A stretch of 61,697 nucleotides of DNA, the filler included, from Dimorphilus gyrociliatus (taxonomy: Eukaryota; Animalia; Annelida): the NCBI GenBank assembly GCA_904063045.1. It is 4 parts of 4 records of this genome, joined end to end, with 100 filler letters (N's around TTAATTAATTAA, not from the genome) between each part and the next. Parts side by side here need not be neighbours in the genome. Positions count along the whole stretch, not along the records: positions 15,746 to 41,213 come from CAJFCJ010000160.1; positions 41,314 to 55,541 come from CAJFCJ010000239.1; 2 more parts are not named here. One strand, given 5' to 3'. Each line of letters opens with the position of its first letter. Within the stretch, counting starts at the first letter, position 1. Under the pieces are notes generated by a model. The model saw only the letters and a list, made by a program, of their open reading frames with translations. It made no database searches and had not been told where the DNA came from. Below, piece by piece: positions 35,150 to 45,354 of the stretch. The translations under genes and the position numbers were made by a program.

Positions 35150-35525
35150 TGAAGCTTTTTTCTATAATTTATAGAAAAGTAGAATTATGTTCTGAAGTGT
35201 TTAGTGTATATGGAATTTTTACAGTTGCTGAAAATTTATTAAATGCATTATCAACAACACATTTAAAAAATATATCATTTAATGGAGATTTTTCATTAAA
35301 ATCAATTTATTATCAGGTTAGAATTCTTTTACATTAATAAAAACTGTTGCCGTTAAAAGTCTAATTTTCTATTTGTGTGACAAACAGTTTTCTTCAAGGA
35401 GATATTATTTAAACATTAGAAATATTCGTATGAAAACCGCTGAGAATGAGATTCAAGATATATTGTCAATGGGTGTTCTTGTTAAAAAATTGCTGCAGAA
35501 AATGAAACAAATAGGAAATACTTAA
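35150..35525 (+). pseudogene. Inverted paralog of the 34573-35120 gene, 5'-truncated
   Basis: KNISFNGDFSLKSIYYQ, then a phase-0 intron (GTTAG..AACAG), then FSSRRYYLNIRNIRMK...DILSMGVLVKKLL. The intron position matches the minus-strand copy. Confidence 0.5.
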
Positions 35526-35529
35526 TTTT

Positions 35530-36075
35530 ATGAATTTTGTTGTGTTTTTTTCTAAATATGAAATAAATTTTCAAATTAAAATAATCCAGATTAAAATGAT
35601 TAAATTTAATTGAAATAATGATATATTTTATGCTTTTTAAATTGTCTTTATTCTTTTTGTTTGTTGTTCGTTCAATAACTTTTGCATGTGTTATTTGTGC
35701 TCCAGTTAGTATTAGAAGAAGAAATTATAGATTTTATAATCAGTGACATATCCTTGATATAATTGGATACATTAGGCAAAAGAATACTTATAATATCTAT
35801 TGCAATAAATTCATTCTAAAAGATTTTAATGTGAAATTATAGCCACACCATTTTTTTGCTATTTTTTCAGAACAAATATAATAAATATTGATTATCAAGT
35901 TTTTTTAATTGCAACAGCTAGTTATTGGTTTTTTAGATAAAAAGAATGTTCAAATCTGTAACCTGTTCTTGTATATTATTTAGGCCGAGTGGGAAGGAGA
36001 ATTATGTTGTACAGATATCAGTAACACCATGACAATATCTGCAGAGTTAGGATACAGCAATTTCTGTTTAAACTA
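35530..36075 (-). pseudogene. Deleted and decayed duplicate of the GPCR locus at 30030-31400
   Basis: 35640-35760 matches 30081-30245 (e.g. TAGATTTTAT.ATCA.TGACATATCCTTGA) and 35763-36075 matches 31029-31395 (e.g. TTCAAATCTGTAACCTGTTCTTGTAT). About 780 bp between them is missing. Confidence 0.7.
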
Positions 36076-36306
36076 CATAGTCCAGGCAGAATAAAAAAAC
36101 CTAAAATAGTTGAAATATCTATTGCCGAATCAGATGCAAAATTTATTTGTTGAACAATATAAGTAAAATTAACATTTATAAAGTAAAAATATAGAGAAAT
36201 TTTGATATAATGGCGTTTTTATTTCAATCTCTTTCTCAACATTTTGGTTGTTAACTGAAAATGAACAGAAATTAAACAATTTTAGATTTCAATAGAGAAT
36301 TTTACC

Positions 36307-39300
36307 TTAAAAAATTAAAAAATCAATAAATTCAATAACTGTTAAAACAGAAGCTCCTAAAACCAATCCTAAAAATCCACCAATTTCAGAGACAAGTGAC
36401 AAAAATCCAAAATTTTCTTGTTGAGTAATTCTTTGAAAGTTTATTTCTTTATAGAAAATATCAACTTTTGCAAAATTCTTTCTGCTTACATATTATCTTT
36501 ATTATTATACAAGTTTCCTTTAAAAAGTGAAAAGTACAAAAAAAACATCTTACTTGAAAAATTCTTTATCAACTTTTGCATTTTTTTCAAATTCATTCAA
36601 AAATTTTTGAAGGTCATTGAATTCATTCATAATTTCCATAAATGATTTTTGAGAAATGTTAGGAAAATGAAGATTATTTGAAATCATTCCACTTGTGAAT
36701 CTTTTTAAGCAAGTACTCCAGGTATTTCCCAAGAAGTTCTGTAGATTTTCCTTTGGACAATTAATATCAAGATTGAGTTCAATTTTTTTCCTATAAATTT
36801 TTGAAAAAACACCATCTACGCTAAGATATTTAATATTTGTATTATTTGGATATTTTACTGTAAAAGGCCACATGGATGCATGTGCAATATAACCTTCCAA
36901 AACTTGCAATTGTCTAGAAACTTTATCCATTGTATTCAAGAATTTGGAATTTTGTAATTGTACCTTTTCATAGAAATTTACTAAACTTTTTTATTTTTAT
37001 TATTGCACCGATATTTGTATAGCTATCATTTTGAAATATACAGTCCCGCAAAAAATCTATGGCAGGGTTGTTCTTGAAATGAAAAACGTGAAATATTTAA
37101 GTAACAGGACTTGCTTAATTATATTTTTTTGTTTAGAATGAAGGATAAGACATTTATAGATCCAAATTTAAAGATAAAATTCTTTTAAAAATTTTTTTTA
37201 CTTTCTAGTAATTTTTATTCAAAAAATTTTGCAAAAATGGAGGAGGTAAAATTTCTGGCAGGATGCCTGTTCCTGGCAAAAATTTAGATGTTAATCAGAT
37301 AGAAACCAACTTTTTTAATTTTTTATGACATTCCTGAGTACTGTCAAACCATTCTTTGGAACAAACTGTTAAAAAAAATTGAAAATGGGCAAAATAAGCC
37401 TCGAAATGCGAGAAAAAGTTATTGAACTGGACAAAGAGGGTTAAGCCAGGTAAAGATCTCTAAAGAGCTAAACATTGCTCGCAGTACTATTCAGTACAAC
37501 CTAAAAAAGAATGCAGAACATTCTTCTTTGGAGGACAGACCCAGGTCTGGCCGCCCTAAAAAGATTTCAGAAGCAGACAAGAGAAATCTTATTGTGATTC
37601 AAAAAAAGAATCCCTTTTATACAGCCAGACAAGCTTATAGCCAATGGGCATGTCAGATAAGGTGAGTTTATCATCTGCTAAGAAGATTCTATTTGATTAT
37701 GGATTAAAAAGCTACATAGCAAAAATAAAACCTTTGACAAAATTGGGGAATCGAAAAAAGAGAATTCTTTTTGCTAAAAGAACCCTTAAAAAAAAGGAGG
37801 ATGAGCTTGAGAACTATATTTTTTCTGACGAAACAACTTTTGATCTTTATCCTAATCAAAGAGTCAGAGTCAGATGTAAGCGGGAGGATAAGGACAAACC
37901 AAGAAATACAAGGAGCAGTTTCAAAACGCAAGACTGTAAGCTGATGATCTGGGGAGCTCTAGCATATTGCTCTGATTCAATAGACTCAGAGAAATACATC
38001 TCAACTTTGAAAGAACATCTACTGCCTATCTATAAAAGGGAGAACATCTTCCAACAAGATGGGGCACGATGCCACACTTCAAAAGTGTCTAAATCTTTTT
38101 TGAGAAAAAACAAAATCAAATATTTGAAAGATTGGCCAGCACAAAGTCCAGACTTGAACATTATCGAGAACCTCTGGGCAGTGCTCAAACAGAGAGTTTA
38201 CAAGAGAATTCCAAAAAATCTGGAGGATTTGAAGGCTATCATAGAGGAGGAATATTTTTTGATTTCTGCAGACTATATAAAAAATTTATATAGCTCCATA
38301 AAAAAAAGATGCCGTCTTGTCATCCAAAAGAAAGGATGTGCCATCAATTATTGAGTCAAATTGGAATTTTTACATTAATTTAAATACATGCCAGAAATTT
38401 TACCTCCTCCATTTTTGCAAAATTTTTTGAATAAAAATTACTAGAAAGTAAAAAAAATTTTTTAAAGAATTTTATCTTTAAATTTGGTTCTCTAAATGTC
38501 TTATCCTTCATTCTAAACAAAAAAATATAATTAAGCAAGTCCTGTTACTTAAATATTTCATGTTTTTCATTTCAAGAACAACCCTGCCATAGCTTTTTTG
38601 GCGGGACTGTAGTTGGAAATGTCATTAATTTTTCCATAGCTGTTAGTTTATTATAGAATGGATTGCATATTCTGTTGAATGATAACTTTGAATTATTTAT
38701 ATTCATACCAAATAGTCTTTCTATTTCTTTCGTGTGCATTTTCTTTAAAGTTTCCGCTTTAATATTCTTGTTTATTAGATTTTGGACATCTTTTAACGCA
38801 ACAGTCCAAAAGAGATGAAAATCTTTTAATGGCGTCTTATATTCAGTAAATTCAAAATGTTTCATAAATTCATTGCATGCCATTGTTAGAAAAGTTCCAT
38901 TTGTTTTGTCTTATATCTTTTATACAATCTTCCAGATTTGTGAACAGTTTATCCTTATCTATTGAAATAGGTCCGAATAGGCCTATTTTATATTCATAAA
39001 TCTTATTCAATTCAATCATCAGTTGTTGTCTTACATGCCTCATTCCATAGGAATTAAAAGAATTTTCCATAGTGTTAAAGTTGTGTAAAATATTACGAAG
39101 ATCGAATGTAAATGCAGCAAGCAATTTGATATCTTCTTGTTCAGCTAAAAATAATTTAAAAGGGCTATCGAGTTGTTTTAATACGAATGACATTTTTGTT
39201 GTAAGTTTTGTAATTATTTGTTTATTTTATTCAAAATTTTGTTTAATGTCTCTTTCCCGAATTTCTAAAATATTTAAAAAATTTCGTTTTAAATCATCCA

Positions 39301-40650
39301 TTTTTGTTAAATTTCTATTTAATATCTTATTAGCAGCAAATTCTGATATAGACGAAAATGAGAGATTAGGTTGGTAAATTGTTTGAGAACAGGGAACTGA
39401 ACAGGAACAATGCAAATTTTTGTTATTTTTTACTTTTTCCAATGATTCTCGTACACATTCAAATGTCTCTGATAAATTACAATATCTTTTGTGATTATTT
39501 GCATCCTCCTTTAGAAGGAGGACAGCTTCAAATGGAATACAGTGACACATGGTTGCCACCTGTCTTAATCGACAGTAGTCGATACATTCGGCGTGTGATT
39601 TATATTTGGATTTTACGCATTCCCCATTTGGATCAATAAGCTTGTGAGATTTAATTCGCTTGATTCCAACAAGTGTATGCAATCCAGGCGCTATTGCAAA
39701 TCCTAAATCAGATACGAGTGGCTTTTTGTAGTCATTATGTAAGAATATTTTGACTCCAGCATTGTTAAATGGCCCTGGCATGTGTTCATACTGTTCAATA
39801 TTGAATAAAAAGGAGAGGCCATTAGCCATTCCAGGTTCAGTAACAGTTAAGCCTTTAGTTTGATTCTGGGCAGAAGGAGAATTGAATGTAAAACATATTC
39901 CATACTCAGTGACAGTTCTTGTAATATATTCAGATTTACATGGCATATTAGCCCAATAACAGTCAAATATGAAATACGATTGTCTATGAGCAGTGTAATT
40001 GTAGACATACTCTGTATCATTTTTAAAATATCTGGGCAAATAATTATAAAATTGTCTATTTTCATTAGAGTCAGAGTTGTAAATGTTGCTGATATATTCA
40101 TATAAACCCAATTCAACAGTACTACTCATCCTTTGAAGAGAATAAATTGTTTTATTAGTATTTTTCAATAAAAAAATTAATTTATGAAGAAATTTATGGA
40201 ATAAAATTGCATTGCGTCATCTTATATATTTCTTCTAGGGATGTTCTTGCTAATATAAAATGGATAATTTTGTACTTATAGAACTCGAAACAAGAACTGA
40301 GATTAGAAGATTAAGATAAGTTAGGAAGAGACTTTTTAACTAATTTTGATAGATATTAGTATATATATTTTATACAAATACCTGAATTTGTTTTGATTAC
40401 AAATAGTGACTGATGGAAATTCAAGTGTCTTTGGGTAAATCACTTCAACATTAACTGTAACATCTCCCTTACTATAATCCATTCCTCTTCTTACAACTTG
40501 ATAACAGAATAGAAAAACTGCTCCAAAAACAATAAATAGCCATCCAACACGTCTGAATAATGACGTTTCCTTATCAAAAATATTTTTTACACCATGAAAT
40601 GTTGTTTCTTTAGAGAAATCTGTCCAATTTTTGTCATGTGTTGACTCCAT
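36307..40650 (-). pseudogene. ENaC/degenerin (ASIC/FaNaC-like) ion channel, three exons, disrupted
   Basis: HG motif TTFHGV, FPSVTICNQN, YGICFTFN, GFAIAPG, Cys-rich thumb, NFAKVDIFY and TM2 SEIGGFLGLVLGASVLT. Introns 40381-40131 and about 36553-36482. In-frame TAA at 39229-39227, frameshifts near 38880 and 36985, Tc1 insertion at 37041-38609. Confidence 0.88.
37041..38609 (+). mobile_element. Tc1-superfamily DNA transposon (DD35E spacing), about 220-bp TIRs, TA target duplication
   Basis: TIRs 37041-37260 and 38389-38609 start CAGTCCCGC, with TA at 37039-40 and 38610-11. The transposase starts at ATG 37385 (HTH, RSGRP) with two 1-nt deletions. Catalytic motifs FSDET, FQQDGARCH and SPDLNIIENLW, with 35 residues between the second D and E. 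Confidence 0.95.
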
Positions 40651-41213
40651 AACAGAGCTTATTCATATATTCTCAACAGCAAATATCTAATAAGTTCTAT
40701 ATTCCAATAATGCATTATTCATATATGTATTAAAGCATTAAAAACTTTCTTTCAGAGAGAAAAGTCAATGTATTTGTTGATATCATTTATTTAAACAACT
40801 TATTTGTATAAGAAAATGAAGAACCTTTACAAAATATTATTAACAAAATGCATTACTTTTATTTTGTATAAACAAAAAAATGCATTCATCTTTATCTAGA
40901 GATCTTACATTATCAGATTTTGCAACATTGCATAAATGTTTGATCTATGTTTTCAATTAGTTTTTTGTTCTTTCATTGAGTTTCTGAGAACTATTCTGTT
41001 TGTCACTGCAAGTTTATTTGCTGAAATATTACCAAATGTTTGAATTTTTCCATATCAAATGAATTTTGTGACATTCTGTTAATAAAAAATTAAACTAGAC
41101 AGACCTACTCAACCAAAGAGTATTTCATATTCTAATTTTAAACATTTGTTTAATGGCTCAAGTAGAATTGAATACTGTTTTATTTCTCAAATGCATATAA
41201 AATATTCAATGTT

Positions 41214-41313
41214 NNNNNNNNNNNNNNNNNNNNNNNNNNNNNNNNNNNNNNNNNNNNTTAATTAATTAANNNNNNNNNNNNNNNNNNNNNNNNNNNNNNN
41301 NNNNNNNNNNNNN
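41214..41313. other. Artificial contig-joining spacer
   Basis: N44-TTAATTAATTAA-N44. Confidence 0.98.
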
Positions 41314-42838
41314 AACAATAGTATTAAAAGTTATATAAATAATAATGATATATATAAAAGTTATATAAATGATAATAAAAGTTATAAAAATAATAATGAT
41401 AAAAGTTATAAAAATAATAATGATAAAAGTTATAAAAATAATAATGATAAAAGTTATAAAAATAATAATAATAAAAGTTATATAAATAATAATGATAATG
41501 ATAAAAGTTATATAAATAATAATAGTATAGATTTTGAATTAATTCTAAAAAATATTAATTTTAATAACTTAATTGAAAATAATTTAAAAATAAAGAAAGA
41601 AATACAAGAAAATGAAAAATTAATAAATAAAAATATAGAAAAAATTAAATTTTATAAATTATTTATAGAAAACAAAGAATTTAAAGATATTTTAATTGAT
41701 GTTAATAAATTAATAATAAAATTAAAAGAAAAGAAGAAATATACAATAATTGTAATAAAAGATATAAAAATAATATAAATAATAATAGTATATATAGTAT
41801 AGATAAATTGATAGAGAATAGTATAAATTATATAAATAATAATTCTATAAATAATGATTCTATAGATAATATAAATAATAATAATAATTTTATAAATAAT
41901 GATTCTATAGATAATATAAATAATGATTCTATAGATAATATAAATAATGATTCTATAGATAATATAAATAATGATTCTATAAATAATACAAATAATAATA
42001 ATAATTCTATAGATAAATTATTAGTGAATAATTTAAAAATAACATAAAAAATAATATAAATAATAATATAAATAATAATATAAATAATAATAATATAAAT
42101 AATATAAATAATAATATTAATATTTATTATAATAACTATAAAAATTATTTTAAAAATTGTTGAAAAAGTTAAAAATGAAAATATTTTAAAAGGTGAAGAA
42201 AAACAATTAAAATTATTTATTGATAAAACAAATACAGAATTAAAAACAGATGTTAAATTTTAGAAGATTATGAAAAAGTTTATTTTGAAAAAAGAATTTT
42301 ACATGAAATATTAATTGATATAGAAAATAGTATTAAATCAATAGAAAAATCAATAATAGAATTTCATACTTCAATAATCAATGAATTAAATATATCTTTA
42401 AAATTATTATGGGTTAATACTTACACTGGTAATGATATTGATTATATTCTACTTAAATCTGAGATTCAATCTAAAACATACAATTATAGATTAGTTATGA
42501 TAAAAAATGGAATAGAGTTAGACATGAGAGGAAGATCTTCTGCTGGTCAGAAAATGTTAGCTTCTATTTTATTTCGTTTAGCTTTATCAGAAGTATTTTG
42601 TAATGCTTCAATAATAGCATTAGATGAACCTACAACTAATTTAGATAATAAAAATATGATTAGTTTAGCAAAAAGTATAAATAAAATTATAAAAATTAAA
42701 AATAATTATCAATTTATAATTATTACTCATGATGAAGAGTTTTTAAGAGAAGTTAGTAGAGATAATTGTGATTATTATTGGAGAATAAAAAGAAATGATA
42801 AATCTAATTCTTATATTGAAAGAGTTAAGTTATATTAA
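41314..42838 (+). CDS. RAD50: RAD50 C-terminal part (coiled coil plus ABC-ATPase C-half), 5'-truncated, with several frame breaks in low-complexity DNA
   Basis: LWVNTYTGNDIDYI, YNYRLVMIKNGIELDMRGRSSAGQKMLASILFRLALSEVF, IALDEPTTNLD and FIIITHDEEF are RAD50 signatures. The upstream Asn-rich repeats are in coding frames. Confidence 0.92.
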
Positions 42839-42849
42839 AATATTTTTTA

Positions 42850-43450
42850 ATTTTTTATAGATTTTCTAATTTTTTTATTTTTTTATTTATAGATTGTTTT
42901 ATATATTTTTTAAGTTTTTATAGATTTTTTAATTTTATAGATTTTATATATTTTTTAAATTATTTTATTTTTTAAGTTTTATAGATTTTTTAATTTTTTA
43001 TAGATTTTTAAGTTTTTATAGATTTTATTTTTTAAGTTTTTATATATTTTTAATTTTTTTATAGATTTTTAATTTTATAAATTATTTTATTTTTAAGTTT
43101 TATAGATTTTTTAATTTTTTAAGTTTTTATATATTTTTTAAGTTTTTATAGATTTTTTAATTTTATAGATTTTATATATTTTTTAAATTATTTTATTTTT
43201 AAGTTTTATAGATTTTTTAATTTTTTATAGATTTTTTAATTTTTTTATAGATTTTTTAAGTTTTTATAGATTTTATAGATTTTTTAATTTTTTATAGATT
43301 TTATAGATTTTTTAATTTTTTATAGATTTTTTAAGTTTTTATAGATTTTATAGATTTTATAGATTTTATAGATTGTTTTATATATTTTTTAAGTTTTTAT
43401 AGATTTTATAACTTTTTTTAAATTATTTTATTTTTTTATACTTTTTAAAT
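42850..43450. repeat. T-rich low-complexity satellite built from TTTTATAGATTTT/TTTTAAGTTTT motifs
   Basis: Dozens of ATAGATTT and TTAAGTTT units with almost no C on the plus strand, filling the RAD50-IMP3 spacer. Confidence 0.85.
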
Positions 43451-43466
43451 TATTTTTAAACCCTCA

Positions 43467-43997
43467 ATGAGAAAGTTAAAGTATCATGAACAAAGACTAT
43501 TAAGAAAAACTAATTTTATTGAATGGGAAAATACAAATACAAAATTTGAACAATCTGTTTGTTCTAAATACTATATTAACAATAGAAATGACTACAATAA
43601 ATATTCTAAAATTACATTTATGATTCAAAATATTTGTAAAAAAATAATTACCATACCAAAAGAATTACAAAGTTTTTACACACAAAAGTTAATTAAAAAA
43701 CTATTTTCTTTAGGTTTAATTAATAATAAAACATTATTAGATTGTAAAAATATAAATATAATTAGTTTTTGTAAACGTAGATTACCAGTAATTGTATGGA
43801 GAAATAAAATGGTAGATAATTTAAAAGATGCGGTACGATTAGTTGAACAAGGACATATTAGGATGGGTAATAAAGTAATAAGTGATTCTTCTGTTATAGT
43901 TTCTAATGGGATGGAAAATTTTATATCGTGGAGAAGAAATTCTAAAATATATCAAAAAATTAAATTAATAAACGATGAAGAAGATGAATATATATAA
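43467..43997 (+). CDS. IMP3: U3 snoRNP protein Imp3 (S4 domain)
   Basis: MRKLKYHEQRLLRKTNF, SFCKRRLPV and AVRLVEQGHIRMG. ACCCTCA directly before the ATG. Confidence 0.95.
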   Translation: MRKLKYHEQRLLRKTNFIEWENTNTKFEQSVCSKYYINNRNDYNKYSKITFMIQNICKKIITIPKELQSFYTQKLIKKLFSLGLINNKTLLDCKNINIISFCKRRLPVIVWRNKMVDNLKDAVRLVEQGHIRMGNKVISDSSVIVSNGMENFISWRRNSKIYQKIKLINDEEDEYI

Positions 43998-44016
43998 AGC
44001 TATGCTAATAAACACC

Positions 44017-44226
44017 TTAATTGCTGAAAATTTCTACTTTTAAAAAAGTATTATTATGAAAATAAATTGTTTGGCTAAGGTACCAAAACACACTACCTCT
44101 CAGAGCATACAAAATAAAGAAACTTATTATAAATTTAGTAAAATTTTCTAATAATCTTTTTTTAACTACCTTTTGATGATAGTCCCTCATTAATATGGTT
44201 TTATCCTGCTTTACTACTGGTCTCAT
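44017..44226 (-). CDS. Hypothetical small membrane protein (69 aa)
   Basis: ATG start with CC upstream and one hydrophobic segment (FIISFFILYAL); convergent with IMP3. Confidence 0.3.
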   Translation of the reverse strand: MRPVVKQDKTILMRDYHQKVVKKRLLENFTKFIISFFILYALRGSVFWYLSQTIYFHNNTFLKVEIFSN

Positions 44227-44399
44227 TTTGGATACAACACCTGATAAATTTCAGACAATAATTAATTAATGATTTTTGCTAAAGCTTATTTTTAGTAAAT
44301 ACTTATGCAAAAAAGGAAACCTTTGTTTCCAAGTTTTTCTTAAAATTCGATATTAGATGAAAATAGAAATACAAATTAATTCAAAATGACGTTTAACAA

Positions 44400-45140
44400 T
44401 TTTCATCCTTGAGCAAATTTCTAAAAATAGATTTTGTATTTTTAGAAATAAATAATCTTTTATATTGTTCTTTATTTTATTACCACGACTTTTTAGGTAG
44501 TGTTTCAACCATCTCCATTGATTTTCAGTGTTTTTTGTATGTATTTCTGGTATAATTTTGTATTTAAATCTAGTTGGTTATATGTTTAATTGTAAAATGC
44601 TCATAATTATGATATCTCATGTCATTGTAATCCTTTCCATTCATCATTTATAATAATGGAAAGTTTTTCTATCTGTTTATTAATAATTTTTTGAAGAGCC
44701 AATAAGTCTCTTTTTTTTTTTAAATTATGAAAAAGCATATTTTTGCTTCTAAAATAACCATTAATTGCCACAATTGTACATTAAACCTTCCAATATTATA
44801 TTTTCACTTAGTAACAACACTTTCATCAATTTCTATAACAAAATTAGGACCTCTTATTTTAGTTAAACTTTCACGTTTAATTTTATTTCTGATTAGACTT
44901 ATAGATGTTTTATAGAGTTTATGGTTTATACCATATTACTTAAATAACTTTATTGTTGGTATTTTTGTGAACTATTCTAAGATTATTAAAAAAAATGGTA
45001 GTGCTTTTATTTTTGCTGAAAATCGAGCCAATACGGATTGAAGCCTTAATCTTACCACATTTCTTTGATTTACAGATCCAAATTAAGCCATCTGTATTAT
45101 AATGTGCTACTAAATTTCTACCAAATTTACATTTATTATA
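44400..45140 (-). mobile_element. Decayed Merlin (ISXO2/IS1595-like) transposase
   Basis: Relic motifs DGLIWICKSKKC...SIRIGSIF, KIRGPNFVIEIDESVVTK*KYNIGR, SIIINDEWKG and HTKNTENQWRWLK, with stops and frameshifts. Confidence 0.8.
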
Positions 45141-45354
45141 GAATCTTTTGTTTTCTAAATATTAAATTCTGTCAACCAAGAAAAAAAGTGTTCCAATCTC
45201 CTCATAGACATAAAAGGAATATAACTCAATTTTAAGGGGACCTAAAAGCAAATTTTACTAAAATAAATTGTTTTTGTTAATTGATCATTTAATTTTGTGA
45301 AAGAAATAAATTTTTAATTTTTAAAATTTTTAAAAAAAACCATTTTCAGCCCCA

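Noticed and set aside
15746-41213. Massive horizontal transfer of animal genes into a microsporidian
   Set aside because: The animal genes sit on their own contig bounded by artificial spacers, keep animal-type introns, and show no physical link to microsporidian genes.
41808-42047. Independent Asn-rich 79-aa gene
   Set aside because: It is one frame segment of the repeat-expanded RAD50 coiled coil.
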